Below are positions 8,305 to 15,946 of a DNA stretch of 48,521 nt, piece by piece (the stretch's first letter is position 1; each line of letters opens with the position of its first letter). The notes beneath the pieces are model-generated. The model saw only the letters and a program-made list of their open reading frames with translations, searched no databases and had not been told where the DNA came from. The stretch is from an uncultured Candidatus Saccharibacteria bacterium (GTDB lineage: Bacteria > Patescibacteriota > Minisyncoccia > Phycocordibacterales > PALSA-1337). The stretch lies in NCBI GenBank assembly GCA_964403205.1, contig CAYOER010000004.1:1-48521 (forward strand). Direction: 5' to 3'. Position numbers and translations under genes: made by a program.

Positions 8305-9984
8305 ATGATAGAGTTCGATGAAGATAAACAAAAAAGAAAAATCAGTGATCTACTGAAGCGTGAAGAAGAAGAACTCGTACAGCTACTCTCTGCTAAATAC
8401 GGCATAGAATATATTGACCTCTCTGTTATATCTATAAACACAGATGCACTGAGATTAATAAATGAAAATATATCTAGAGAAAATAAAATAGTAGCCTATG
8501 CTCTGATAGATAAAAGAGTAAAGATAGCGGCAAGGAATCCAGAATCGCCAAAAATAGCAGAGATATTGGATGATTTGAAGAAAAAAGGATATGAGCCGAT
8601 CATGTCTATATGTTCAACAGCAAGTCTTATGAAAGCATGGAATGCATATAAAGACCTTTCATTTGCTTATGAGACGAAAGCCGGTTCGCTAGAGATATCC
8701 AGTGAAGAAATAGATAATCTAATAGAAAAAACTAGAAATCTCCCTGCTATCATTACCCTTCTCGAAGATACACTAGCAATGAAGAAAAGTTATAGAGTTT
8801 CTAGAATCCTAGAAACCATAATAGCTGGGGCATTTGCTATTGATGCATCAGATATCCATATAGAACCAGAAGAAACGTATATAAGACTCAGATACAGACT
8901 AGACGGTGTACTCATAAAGATAGTGGATTTCGATATTGATACATTCAATCTCCTTCTTTCACGTATAAAGCTATTGTCAGGATTAAAATTAAATATAAAA
9001 AAGAATTCACAAGATGGAAGATTCAGTATTCATGTAAATAAAGAAGATATAGAAATACGTACATCTGTTCTACCAGGTGCCTATGGAGAATCCATAGTGA
9101 TGCGTCTATTGAATCCAAAGAGTATAGGTGTACCACTAGAAGAACTCGGTATACCAGAGAAACTACTCAATATTCTCTTGAAAGAAGTAGATAAACCAAA
9201 TGGCATGGTACTCACAACAGGACCTACAGGATCAGGAAAGACCACTACTCTGTATGCATTTCTAAAAAAAATACATAATCCAACAGTAAAAATCATAACC
9301 ATAGAAGATCCGATAGAGTATCACCTACCAGGCATAGTACAAACTCAAGTAAATGATAAGGGATACACTTTTCTAGAAGGACTACGCGCGGCAGTGAGAC
9401 AAGATCCAGATATTATAATGATCGGTGAAATAAGAGATAGTGAAACAGCCGGCATTGCGGTGAACTCTGCTCTTACTGGTCATCTAGTTTTCTCTACCCT
9501 ACATACAAATGACGCTGCAGGTGCATTCCCTAGACTCATGGATCTCGGGGTAAATCCGAAACTCTTTGCCTCTGCTATCAGTATATCTATGGCACAACGT
9601 CTAGTACGACGTCTATGTCCAGATTGCAAGAAAGAAATACAATTAGAAGGTAAAAATAAAAAAAGAATAGATAAAGTGATCAATACTATATACGATAAGA
9701 CTCAAATACCAAATAAAGAATTGGAAAACAATAAAATATGGCAGGCAATGGGCTGTGAAAAGTGCAATCAAACTGGATATAAAGGTAGAATCGGTATATA
9801 TGAAGGAATATTGATGAATGAAGCAATAGAAAAAGCCACCGAGTATGGTGGTAATGATAGAGAAATAGCATTAGCGGCAGTACCCCAAGGTATACTCACT
9901 ATGGAACAAGATGGGATAATAAAAATATTAAAAGGGATGACTTCTATAGAAGAACTTGAGAGAGTTGTAGAAATAAAAGATTAA
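8305..9984 (+). CDS. pilB: Type IV pilus / type II secretion assembly ATPase (GspE/PilB family)
   Basis: N-terminal GspE-N-like domain, Walker A GPTGSGKTTT, and the C-terminal tetracysteine CPDC...CEKC followed by GYKGRIGIYE. Confidence 0.9.
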   Translation: MIEFDEDKQKRKISDLLKREEEELVQLLSAKYGIEYIDLSVISINTDALRLINENISRENKIVAYALIDKRVKIAARNPESPKIAEILDDLKKKGYEPIMSICSTASLMKAWNAYKDLSFAYETKAGSLEISSEEIDNLIEKTRNLPAIITLLEDTLAMKKSYRVSRILETIIAGAFAIDASDIHIEPEETYIRLRYRLDGVLIKIVDFDIDTFNLLLSRIKLLSGLKLNIKKNSQDGRFSIHVNKEDIEIRTSVLPGAYGESIVMRLLNPKSIGVPLEELGIPEKLLNILLKEVDKPNGMVLTTGPTGSGKTTTLYAFLKKIHNPTVKIITIEDPIEYHLPGIVQTQVNDKGYTFLEGLRAAVRQDPDIIMIGEIRDSETAGIAVNSALTGHLVFSTLHTNDAAGAFPRLMDLGVNPKLFASAISISMAQRLVRRLCPDCKKEIQLEGKNKKRIDKVINTIYDKTQIPNKELENNKIWQAMGCEKCNQTGYKGRIGIYEGILMNEAIEKATEYGGNDREIALAAVPQGILTMEQDGIIKILKGMTSIEELERVVEIKD

Positions 9985-10067
9985 CTTTGTAAATCAAAAA
10001 ACTAGTACTTGTCAATTGAATTTTAATTAAAGAGTAGTAACATTGGGCTTATAGAGATGGAAACAAG

Positions 10068-10240
10068 ATCGGATGCATAAATCTCTAAGCAATACTTTCA
10101 ATGCGATCACCAAAAGTTAAACATAGTCTCTAGGATGACCCCAGTACATATACACAAGGTATATAACCAGAACGTCCCTGATACTATGTCAGATAACTAG
10201 AGTAAACTAGCTATATTGCTTAGAGATTTATGGATCTGAT
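10068..10240. ncRNA. Candidate structured RNA (rod-like, 6S-like shape) or miniature inverted-repeat element; identity unknown
   Basis: Outer helix 10068-10094 with 10214-10240: 19 contiguous Watson-Crick pairs, one G.G mismatch, then 7 more pairs including one G-U. Nested inside are helix 10121-10127/10183-10189 and hairpin ATATAC-ACAAG-GTATAT (10148-10164). It lies in a 322-nt non-coding spacer. Confidence 0.3.
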
Positions 10241-10306
10241 AAGTGCTATACTATGACTATCTTACTGCTTATTGGTACACAGACAGCTTAGCATACTTTG
10301 ATTACT

Positions 10307-11317
10307 ATGTCAAGTAAAAATACAGAAAAAAACAATAAAAACAACGATACTGGATACCTAGACCAGACACTTCGTCCTATAAAATGGGATGAATATATAG
10401 GTCAAAAAGGTATAAAAGATAATTTGAAAATACTAATTGGTGCAGCGAGAGAGCGTAATCATCCACCAGAACATATACTTTTCTATGGTCCACCGGGATT
10501 AGGGAAAACGACATTGGCTCATCTTATTGCAAAGGAAACAGGTTCACAGATGAAGGTTACATCTGGACCAGCAATACTTAAAATCGGTGATCTTGCCTCA
10601 GTACTTACCAATCTTTCCCATGGAGATATACTCTTTATCGATGAAATACATAGATTAAATAAGGCAATAGAGGAGGTGTTGTATCCTGCTATGGAAACAG
10701 GAAATCTAGATATAATCATAGGTAAAGGCCCTTCTGCTAGAACTATTCAATTAGAATTACCATCTTTTACACTGATAGCTGCAACAACGAGAATAGCCAT
10801 GATATCCTCCCCTCTTCGTTCACGCTTCTCTGGTGGAGTTTTCAAATTGGAATTCTATACAGAAAAAGAAATAGGAGAAATTATCAGTCGTTCAGCAAAA
10901 ATACTGAAAATAGAAATACATAACGATGCGATAAAATCTCTAGCCGAACGTAGTAGATTCACCCCTAGAACAGCAAACTATTTCCTGAAACGTTGCCGAG
11001 ACTATGCACAGATGAATAAAAGTAGTCTTTCAAAAGAAATAGTAGATAAAGCATTGACTATGCTTGGAGTAGATAATCTAGGGCTAAACAATGCAGATAG
11101 AGATATATTGAAAACTATGATAAATAAATTCGGCGGAAGGCCAGTGGGGTTAAATACCATAGCTGCTGCCCTCTCTGAGGAGCAAGAAACAATAGAAGAG
11201 GTCTACGAGCCATATCTCATACAGCTAGGTCTTCTAGAGCGTACATCACGAGGAAGAGTGGCGACAGAGAAGGCATTCAAGCATTTAGAGATAAAGTCTT
11301 TAGATAAATTATTATAG
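10307..11317 (+). CDS. ruvB: Holliday junction branch migration helicase RuvB
   Basis: Walker A GPPGLGKTT, Walker B ILFIDEIHR, typical RuvB C-terminal winged helix. The ORF track starts at TTG 10298; the first ATG is at 10307. Confidence 0.95.
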   Translation: MSSKNTEKNNKNNDTGYLDQTLRPIKWDEYIGQKGIKDNLKILIGAARERNHPPEHILFYGPPGLGKTTLAHLIAKETGSQMKVTSGPAILKIGDLASVLTNLSHGDILFIDEIHRLNKAIEEVLYPAMETGNLDIIIGKGPSARTIQLELPSFTLIAATTRIAMISSPLRSRFSGGVFKLEFYTEKEIGEIISRSAKILKIEIHNDAIKSLAERSRFTPRTANYFLKRCRDYAQMNKSSLSKEIVDKALTMLGVDNLGLNNADRDILKTMINKFGGRPVGLNTIAAALSEEQETIEEVYEPYLIQLGLLERTSRGRVATEKAFKHLEIKSLDKLL

Positions 11318-11329
11318 TTTAATATTATT

Positions 11330-12091
11330 TTATTGGGTTTTTTTATTTATTAGATTTTTTAGAAATAGATTTAGATCAATCTTTTTACTGTATTCTTTTG
11401 CTATAAGAAAAAGGGCTTTGAAAGTTTGTGACAAGGCACTATCTTGTATATGCACCAAACGCTCTGTTTCATAATCTACCAATAATATATCATCACGAAA
11501 TATGAATATATCTAAAGGAAAATCCATAAATTCATCTGGTAAAACATAAACTATGGTTAATCTGTCTATATGCGTAGAAATTTGCCAAATTGGCATTTTA
11601 TCAAAAAGACTTAGGACCGATTTTGCAATTATTCCTTCTATTATTATTTTTCTTTTCTTTACTGTATTATGAAAAAAGGACAAAAATTTTGCGTCTATTT
11701 TCTTTAAAATATTTTTGGAAATGCCAGCACCTTGTATTGACAGTAAACGTTCTGATGAAGTAAGATCCAATATTTTCATAAAAGTTTTAGTTATTTCTGA
11801 CATACCAGAAATTACATTAATAAAACTATTTTGGAATGATTCTAGAGAACAGTTTTCTATAATGTCTAGATTTTTCCTATATTTCCACCTAAAATGATTA
11901 CAATATTTAACTTTATTAACTAATTTTCTCTGTTCGAGTTTTCTTAAAATAAATGAGGTTGTGGATTGTGCTAATTCTGCCTGTTTAGCTATTCTACTAA
12001 TCTTATATGGCATAGTTAATTGCTGTAAAATATTGAGAACAATGTGTTCCTTTTTGGATAATCCTAGGGCTTCGAGGGTAATGCGTCTCAT
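11330..12091 (-). CDS. TrmB-like winged-helix transcriptional regulator (253 aa)
   Basis: N-terminal wHTH (LSKKEHIVLNILQQ...ISRIAKQAELAQSTTSFILRKLEQRKLV). Its C-terminal domain is colinear with the paralogue at 45367-46149. Confidence 0.6.
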   Translation of the reverse strand: MRRITLEALGLSKKEHIVLNILQQLTMPYKISRIAKQAELAQSTTSFILRKLEQRKLVNKVKYCNHFRWKYRKNLDIIENCSLESFQNSFINVISGMSEITKTFMKILDLTSSERLLSIQGAGISKNILKKIDAKFLSFFHNTVKKRKIIIEGIIAKSVLSLFDKMPIWQISTHIDRLTIVYVLPDEFMDFPLDIFIFRDDILLVDYETERLVHIQDSALSQTFKALFLIAKEYSKKIDLNLFLKNLINKKTQ

Positions 12092-12097
12092 AATCTA

Positions 12098-12126
12098 ATA
12101 TTAAAAGTTAACAAGATTATTGTCAA
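12098..12126 (-). promoter_or_regulatory. Sigma70-type promoter of the TrmB-like gene (leaderless layout)
   Basis: The minus strand reads TTGACA-17 nt-TAATAT-TAGATT-ATG. Confidence 0.6.
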
Positions 12127-12233
12127 CTTATTATGTATTATGTATTGATATACCTTGGTGTATATGATTTTATCAAGTTATATTGGCATAACCGTTTATT
12201 AAATATAATAATTTAAATAGAAAGGAAAATCTT

Positions 12234-12443
12234 ATGCCTAAAAAAAGAATAGGATTGACACAAAGACATGATGATCTTGTAGCATATCAAATGAAAGCCT
12301 ATGAGCAGAGACGCCAAGAAGAGACTGCTAGAATTATGGCGGAAACTGGAGCATCATATTTAGTGGCCTATAAACTTTCAGAAAAAGCAATGGGTGGTAC
12401 TGCTGGTAACAATAACTATGTCTGGCCATTCATGGATGATTAG
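12234..12443 (+). CDS. Hypothetical small protein (69 aa)
   Basis: ORF preceded by AAAGGAAAA (one of the few Shine-Dalgarno-like sites in the AT-rich part) and followed by a clean terminator. Confidence 0.5.
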   Translation: MPKKRIGLTQRHDDLVAYQMKAYEQRRQEETARIMAETGASYLVAYKLSEKAMGGTAGNNNYVWPFMDD

Positions 12444-12450
12444 TTAATAG

Positions 12451-12484
12451 AGGAATCAGACAGGTGTTTGATTCCTTTTTTATT
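12451..12484 (+). terminator. Rho-independent terminator
   Basis: 8-bp stem AGGAATCA/TGATTCCT (12451-12458 / 12469-12476) followed by TTTTTTA. Confidence 0.7.
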
Positions 12485-12560
12485 GTTTAAAATACTTTAA
12501 AAGTTAAAATAATTATAGAACAATAAATTCTATCTGATAAGTTTACAGAACATTTTCGAG

Positions 12561-12569
12561 TGATAGAAT
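12561..12569 (+). promoter_or_regulatory. Extended -10 promoter (leaderless layout)
   Basis: TGATAGAAT followed by 6 nt and then the ATG at 12576. Confidence 0.5.
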
Positions 12570-12575
12570 TTGGTA

Positions 12576-13448
12576 ATGGAAACTACAGAACTACAAACTT
12601 TATATAGAACATTTGAAGACATAAAACATATAGAAAACGGTGTTGAATTTTGGTATGCTCGTGAGCTATATCCCCTTCTTGGATATACGAAATGGGAAAA
12701 TTTCGAAACTGTAATAGAAAAAGCAAAGGAAGCTTGTAGAAAATCCAAATCGAATGTGAGGGATCACTTTCCTGACGCCAGGAAGCTAATAATCGTTGGA
12801 AAAAACACAGAACAAGAAATATCAGATATTAAAATGACCAGATATGCATGTTACCTTACTGCAATTAATGGTGACCCACGAAAAGAACAGATAGCATTCG
12901 CACAGGCATACTTCGTCATTCAGACAAGAAAAGTTGAACTAATTGAGCAAAGAATGGAAGAATTTGAAAGAATTAGCGCAAGAGAAAAACTCACACTAGC
13001 CGAAAAGGAACTTGCTATGGTGGCTTTTGGTAGAGGTGTCGATGGTCGTGGAATATCTGAAATAAGAAGTTTTGGTGATAAAACATTATTCGGAGGAAGA
13101 ACAACAGAAGATATGAAAAGGCGACTTGGTGTGGAGAAAAACACACCCCTCGCAGATGCATTACCAAAAGTGACAATATCTGCAAAGGAATTTGCGACAG
13201 CAATTACTACTGAAAATACAAAGAAAAAAGATCTTCAAGGAAAAAGTAGTATACTTAATGAACATGTAACAAATAATAGAAATGTTAGAAGTGTATTAAT
13301 TAAATCAGATATCTATCCAGAATCATTGCCACCCGCGGAAAATATAAAGAGAATGCAAACAAGACATAAGAAAGAAATCGGAGAATTGGAAAAAAGACAG
13401 AAAAAAGAAATAGAAGAAGCATTAAAGAAATTAAAAGTAATTAAATAA
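12576..13448 (+). CDS. DNA damage-inducible protein D (DinD) / Bro-N-like protein
   Basis: The N-terminus (FEDIKHIENGVEFWYARELYPLLGYTKWENF...RYACYLTAINGDPRKEQIAFAQAYF) matches the DinD pattern as I recall it. The ORF track starts at TTG 12570; the ATG is at 12576. Confidence 0.7.
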   Translation: METTELQTLYRTFEDIKHIENGVEFWYARELYPLLGYTKWENFETVIEKAKEACRKSKSNVRDHFPDARKLIIVGKNTEQEISDIKMTRYACYLTAINGDPRKEQIAFAQAYFVIQTRKVELIEQRMEEFERISAREKLTLAEKELAMVAFGRGVDGRGISEIRSFGDKTLFGGRTTEDMKRRLGVEKNTPLADALPKVTISAKEFATAITTENTKKKDLQGKSSILNEHVTNNRNVRSVLIKSDIYPESLPPAENIKRMQTRHKKEIGELEKRQKKEIEEALKKLKVIK

Positions 13449-13452
13449 AACC

Positions 13453-13983
13453 ATGTCAGGACATAATAAATTTTCAAAAATAAAACATCAAAAAGCTGCA
13501 AATGATGCAAAGAAAAGCAATGTATTCGGTAAACTCGTACGCTTTATCACAGTAGAGGCAAAGAAGGCAGGTGGTAATATGAAGTCCCCAGGTCTCACCC
13601 TAGCTATAGAGAAAGCTAGGAAAGAAAATATGCCAAATGACACCATAGAAAGGGCGATAAAGAAAGCGACAACAGACAATAGCGCCGCTATGGAAAGCGT
13701 AATATATGAATCATATGGACCGGGCGGAGTCGCAATAATTATAAATGCTTTAACAGATAATAGAAATAAGGCTGCTCAGGAAATAAAAGCTATTCTTGTA
13801 AGACATGGTTCAGAGCTAGCTGCCCCAGGTAGTGCATCTTGGGCCTTTACGAAAACTCATGATGGTCTAATGGCAAATAATACTATGCCACTGGAGGATG
13901 CTGATATAGAGAAGCTACATGCTCTAGTGGAAGCATTAGAAGAAAATGATGAAGTACAAGATGTTTTCACAAATGCTGAATAA
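13453..13983 (+). CDS. yebC: YebC/PmpR-family protein, short form (176 aa)
   Basis: MSGHNKFSKIKHQKAANDAKKSNVFGKL...YESYGPGGVAIIINALTDNRNK. Located immediately upstream of ruvC, as in many bacteria. Confidence 0.85.
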   Translation: MSGHNKFSKIKHQKAANDAKKSNVFGKLVRFITVEAKKAGGNMKSPGLTLAIEKARKENMPNDTIERAIKKATTDNSAAMESVIYESYGPGGVAIIINALTDNRNKAAQEIKAILVRHGSELAAPGSASWAFTKTHDGLMANNTMPLEDADIEKLHALVEALEENDEVQDVFTNAE

Positions 13984-13989
13984 AATATT

Positions 13990-14478
13990 ATGAAAATTTT
14001 AGGAATAGATCCTGGATATGATCGCCTGGGTATAGCGATCGTAGAAAAATATGGAAATGAAAAAGTAATATATTCTGAATGTTTTGAAACTTCTTCAAAA
14101 GAGATCTTTACAGATAGATTGAGAAAAGTCGGTATGAAAATAAGGGAAATAATAAAGAAATATTCACCAGATATTATGGCTATAGAATCTCTGTTTATTA
14201 CAAAGAATCAGAAGACAGCAATGAAAGTCTCTGAGGCCAGAGGGGTGATAATGTATGAAGCGATCTGTAAAGATATACCGATATATGAATACACTCCCCT
14301 ACAGGTAAAGATGGCAATAACAGGCCATGGTAAAAGTGATAAAACCCAAATAATAAAAATGTTACCTCTATTGGTAAAGATGCCAAATAATAAAGCTCTA
14401 GATGATGAATATGACGCTATAGCTATAGCACTTGCCTGTATAGCATATGAATCAAAAAGTTTTCCACAGGTGAGGTGA
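13990..14478 (+). CDS. ruvC: Crossover junction endodeoxyribonuclease RuvC
   Basis: MKILGIDPGYDRLGIAIVE, with RNase H-fold catalytic acidic residues (D7, E-containing IESLF, DDEYDAIAIAL). Confidence 0.9.
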   Translation: MKILGIDPGYDRLGIAIVEKYGNEKVIYSECFETSSKEIFTDRLRKVGMKIREIIKKYSPDIMAIESLFITKNQKTAMKVSEARGVIMYEAICKDIPIYEYTPLQVKMAITGHGKSDKTQIIKMLPLLVKMPNNKALDDEYDAIAIALACIAYESKSFPQVR

Positions 14479-14538
14479 TTTGCAAAATTTTTAGCATTTT
14501 GTTACAACTATTGAAACATAATAATTTGTAAAAAGATT

Positions 14539-14724
14539 ATGCCAAAAACAAAACAAAAAAATATAGAGAGTATAGGTGAAGAAAAAATAATTAATATTGA
14601 TATAGAAGATAAAGAAATAGATCCTGAAGTTCCGATAGAAGACGAAGAAGATGCAACTACAGAAGAAGATGCGATACTAGATGATGAGGAAATAAATCCG
14701 TTTGGAGATAAATGGGAAGAATAG
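14539..14724 (+). CDS. Hypothetical highly acidic small protein (61 aa)
   Basis: This is the only ORF in this spacer that is not antisense to a gene. It is Asp/Glu-rich and has no recognisable family. Confidence 0.35.
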   Translation: MPKTKQKNIESIGEEKIINIDIEDKEIDPEVPIEDEEDATTEEDAILDDEEINPFGDKWEE

Positions 14725-14733
14725 TTGTATTTA

Positions 14734-15912
14734 TTATCCAACTATAATCTTTATAAATCTCTTTTTACCTATACGTAAGACTAGATCTTTATCTGCTTTT
14801 ATATAAGGGTCTTTTATTATTTCATCTGTTCCTATTACAGATACAGCATTCCCTTCTATCAGTCTTTTCCATTCATTGTTAGAAGCAACTATTTTTTCGT
14901 TTATTATAGAATCTTTCAAAAGCGAGTCTTTTTGTATTGAAATTACTTTTATATCTTCAGGTATTTCACCTTTCTTGAAAGTGTTTTCGAAATTTTTAAA
15001 AGCTTTCTTTGCTTTACTTTCTCCGTATATCATAGATACTATCTCTTTTGCTAGAAGCATTTTCTGCTCTTTGGGATTAGAAATTTCTTTTATCTTTTCT
15101 ATATCTATATCAGTGCATAGTTCGAATCCAGAAAGAATAAGATTATCATTCCAACTCATAACTTTACCGAAAATATCATCAGGACTCTGGTCCATACTGA
15201 CCATATTCCCTTCTGTCTTACCCATTTTCTTCCCTTCTGAATCGACGATGAGCTTCGTCGTTATAACAAATTTCTCTTTGTCTTTCAATTTTTTCATAAG
15301 ATCACGACCTACGAGCATATTGAAAGTCTGATCATTACCACCTATCTCAGCATCTACATCCATAGCTACAGAATCATAGCCTTGCATTATCGGATAAAGA
15401 AATTCATGAATATATATTGGCTTACTTTCTTCCATCCTTTTTTCGAACATATCTCTTTTCAACATCTGTTCAACAGTCATAAGGGAAGTCAATTCTAAAA
15501 CTTCTTCAAAAGACATTTTTGCCAGCCATTTTGAATTAAATTTCAATAAAGCTTTATTGTCTCCCGAAAAAGAAATGAATTTTGATGCCTGCTTCTTATA
15601 TCTTTTGCAATTATCCATGATCTGCTCTCTAGAAAGTCTTTTTCTTGTTGCAGTTTTATCTGTCGGATCACCGATCATACCTGTAAAGTCTCCTATCAAT
15701 AATATTATCTGATGACCCATTCTCTGAAATTCAGCAAGCTTACGTAAAGGTATTATATGACCGAGATGTAGTGTCGGTCCTGTAGGATCTATACCTAGAT
15801 ATATAGTAATCTTATCTCCTTTTAGAAGTTTTGATTCTAAAAATTCTTTATTTGGAAATATATTTTCTATACCACGAGAAAGTATTTGCTTTATATTTTC
15901 TTCATTATACAT
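14734..15912 (-). CDS. tyrS: Tyrosine-tRNA ligase
   Basis: HIGH-type motif (PTGPTLHLGH), KMSKS-type motif (KKMGKT) and a C-terminal S4-like domain. The second ATG (15912, MYNEEN...) is preferred because the -10 box sits 6 nt upstream of it. Confidence 0.9.
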   Translation of the reverse strand: MYNEENIKQILSRGIENIFPNKEFLESKLLKGDKITIYLGIDPTGPTLHLGHIIPLRKLAEFQRMGHQIILLIGDFTGMIGDPTDKTATRKRLSREQIMDNCKRYKKQASKFISFSGDNKALLKFNSKWLAKMSFEEVLELTSLMTVEQMLKRDMFEKRMEESKPIYIHEFLYPIMQGYDSVAMDVDAEIGGNDQTFNMLVGRDLMKKLKDKEKFVITTKLIVDSEGKKMGKTEGNMVSMDQSPDDIFGKVMSWNDNLILSGFELCTDIDIEKIKEISNPKEQKMLLAKEIVSMIYGESKAKKAFKNFENTFKKGEIPEDIKVISIQKDSLLKDSIINEKIVASNNEWKRLIEGNAVSVIGTDEIIKDPYIKADKDLVLRIGKKRFIKIIVG

Positions 15913-15918
15913 GCACAT

Positions 15919-15927
15919 AATTTAACA
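15919..15927 (-). promoter_or_regulatory. Extended -10 promoter of tyrS (leaderless layout)
   Basis: The minus strand reads TGTTAAATT-ATGTGC-ATG. Confidence 0.45.
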
Positions 15928-15931
15928 TGTA

Positions 15932-15940
15932 TGGTACAAT
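15932..15940 (+). promoter_or_regulatory. Extended -10 promoter of the PBP gene (leaderless layout)
   Basis: TGGTACAAT followed by 6 nt and then the ATG at 15947. Confidence 0.5.
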
Positions 15941-15946
15941 TTTGCT

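Noticed and set aside
8223-8441. A 72-aa minus-strand ORF spanning the tRNA and the pilB start.
   Set aside because: It overlaps the tRNA-Thr gene and the pilB 5' end. It has a low-complexity product and no expression signals.
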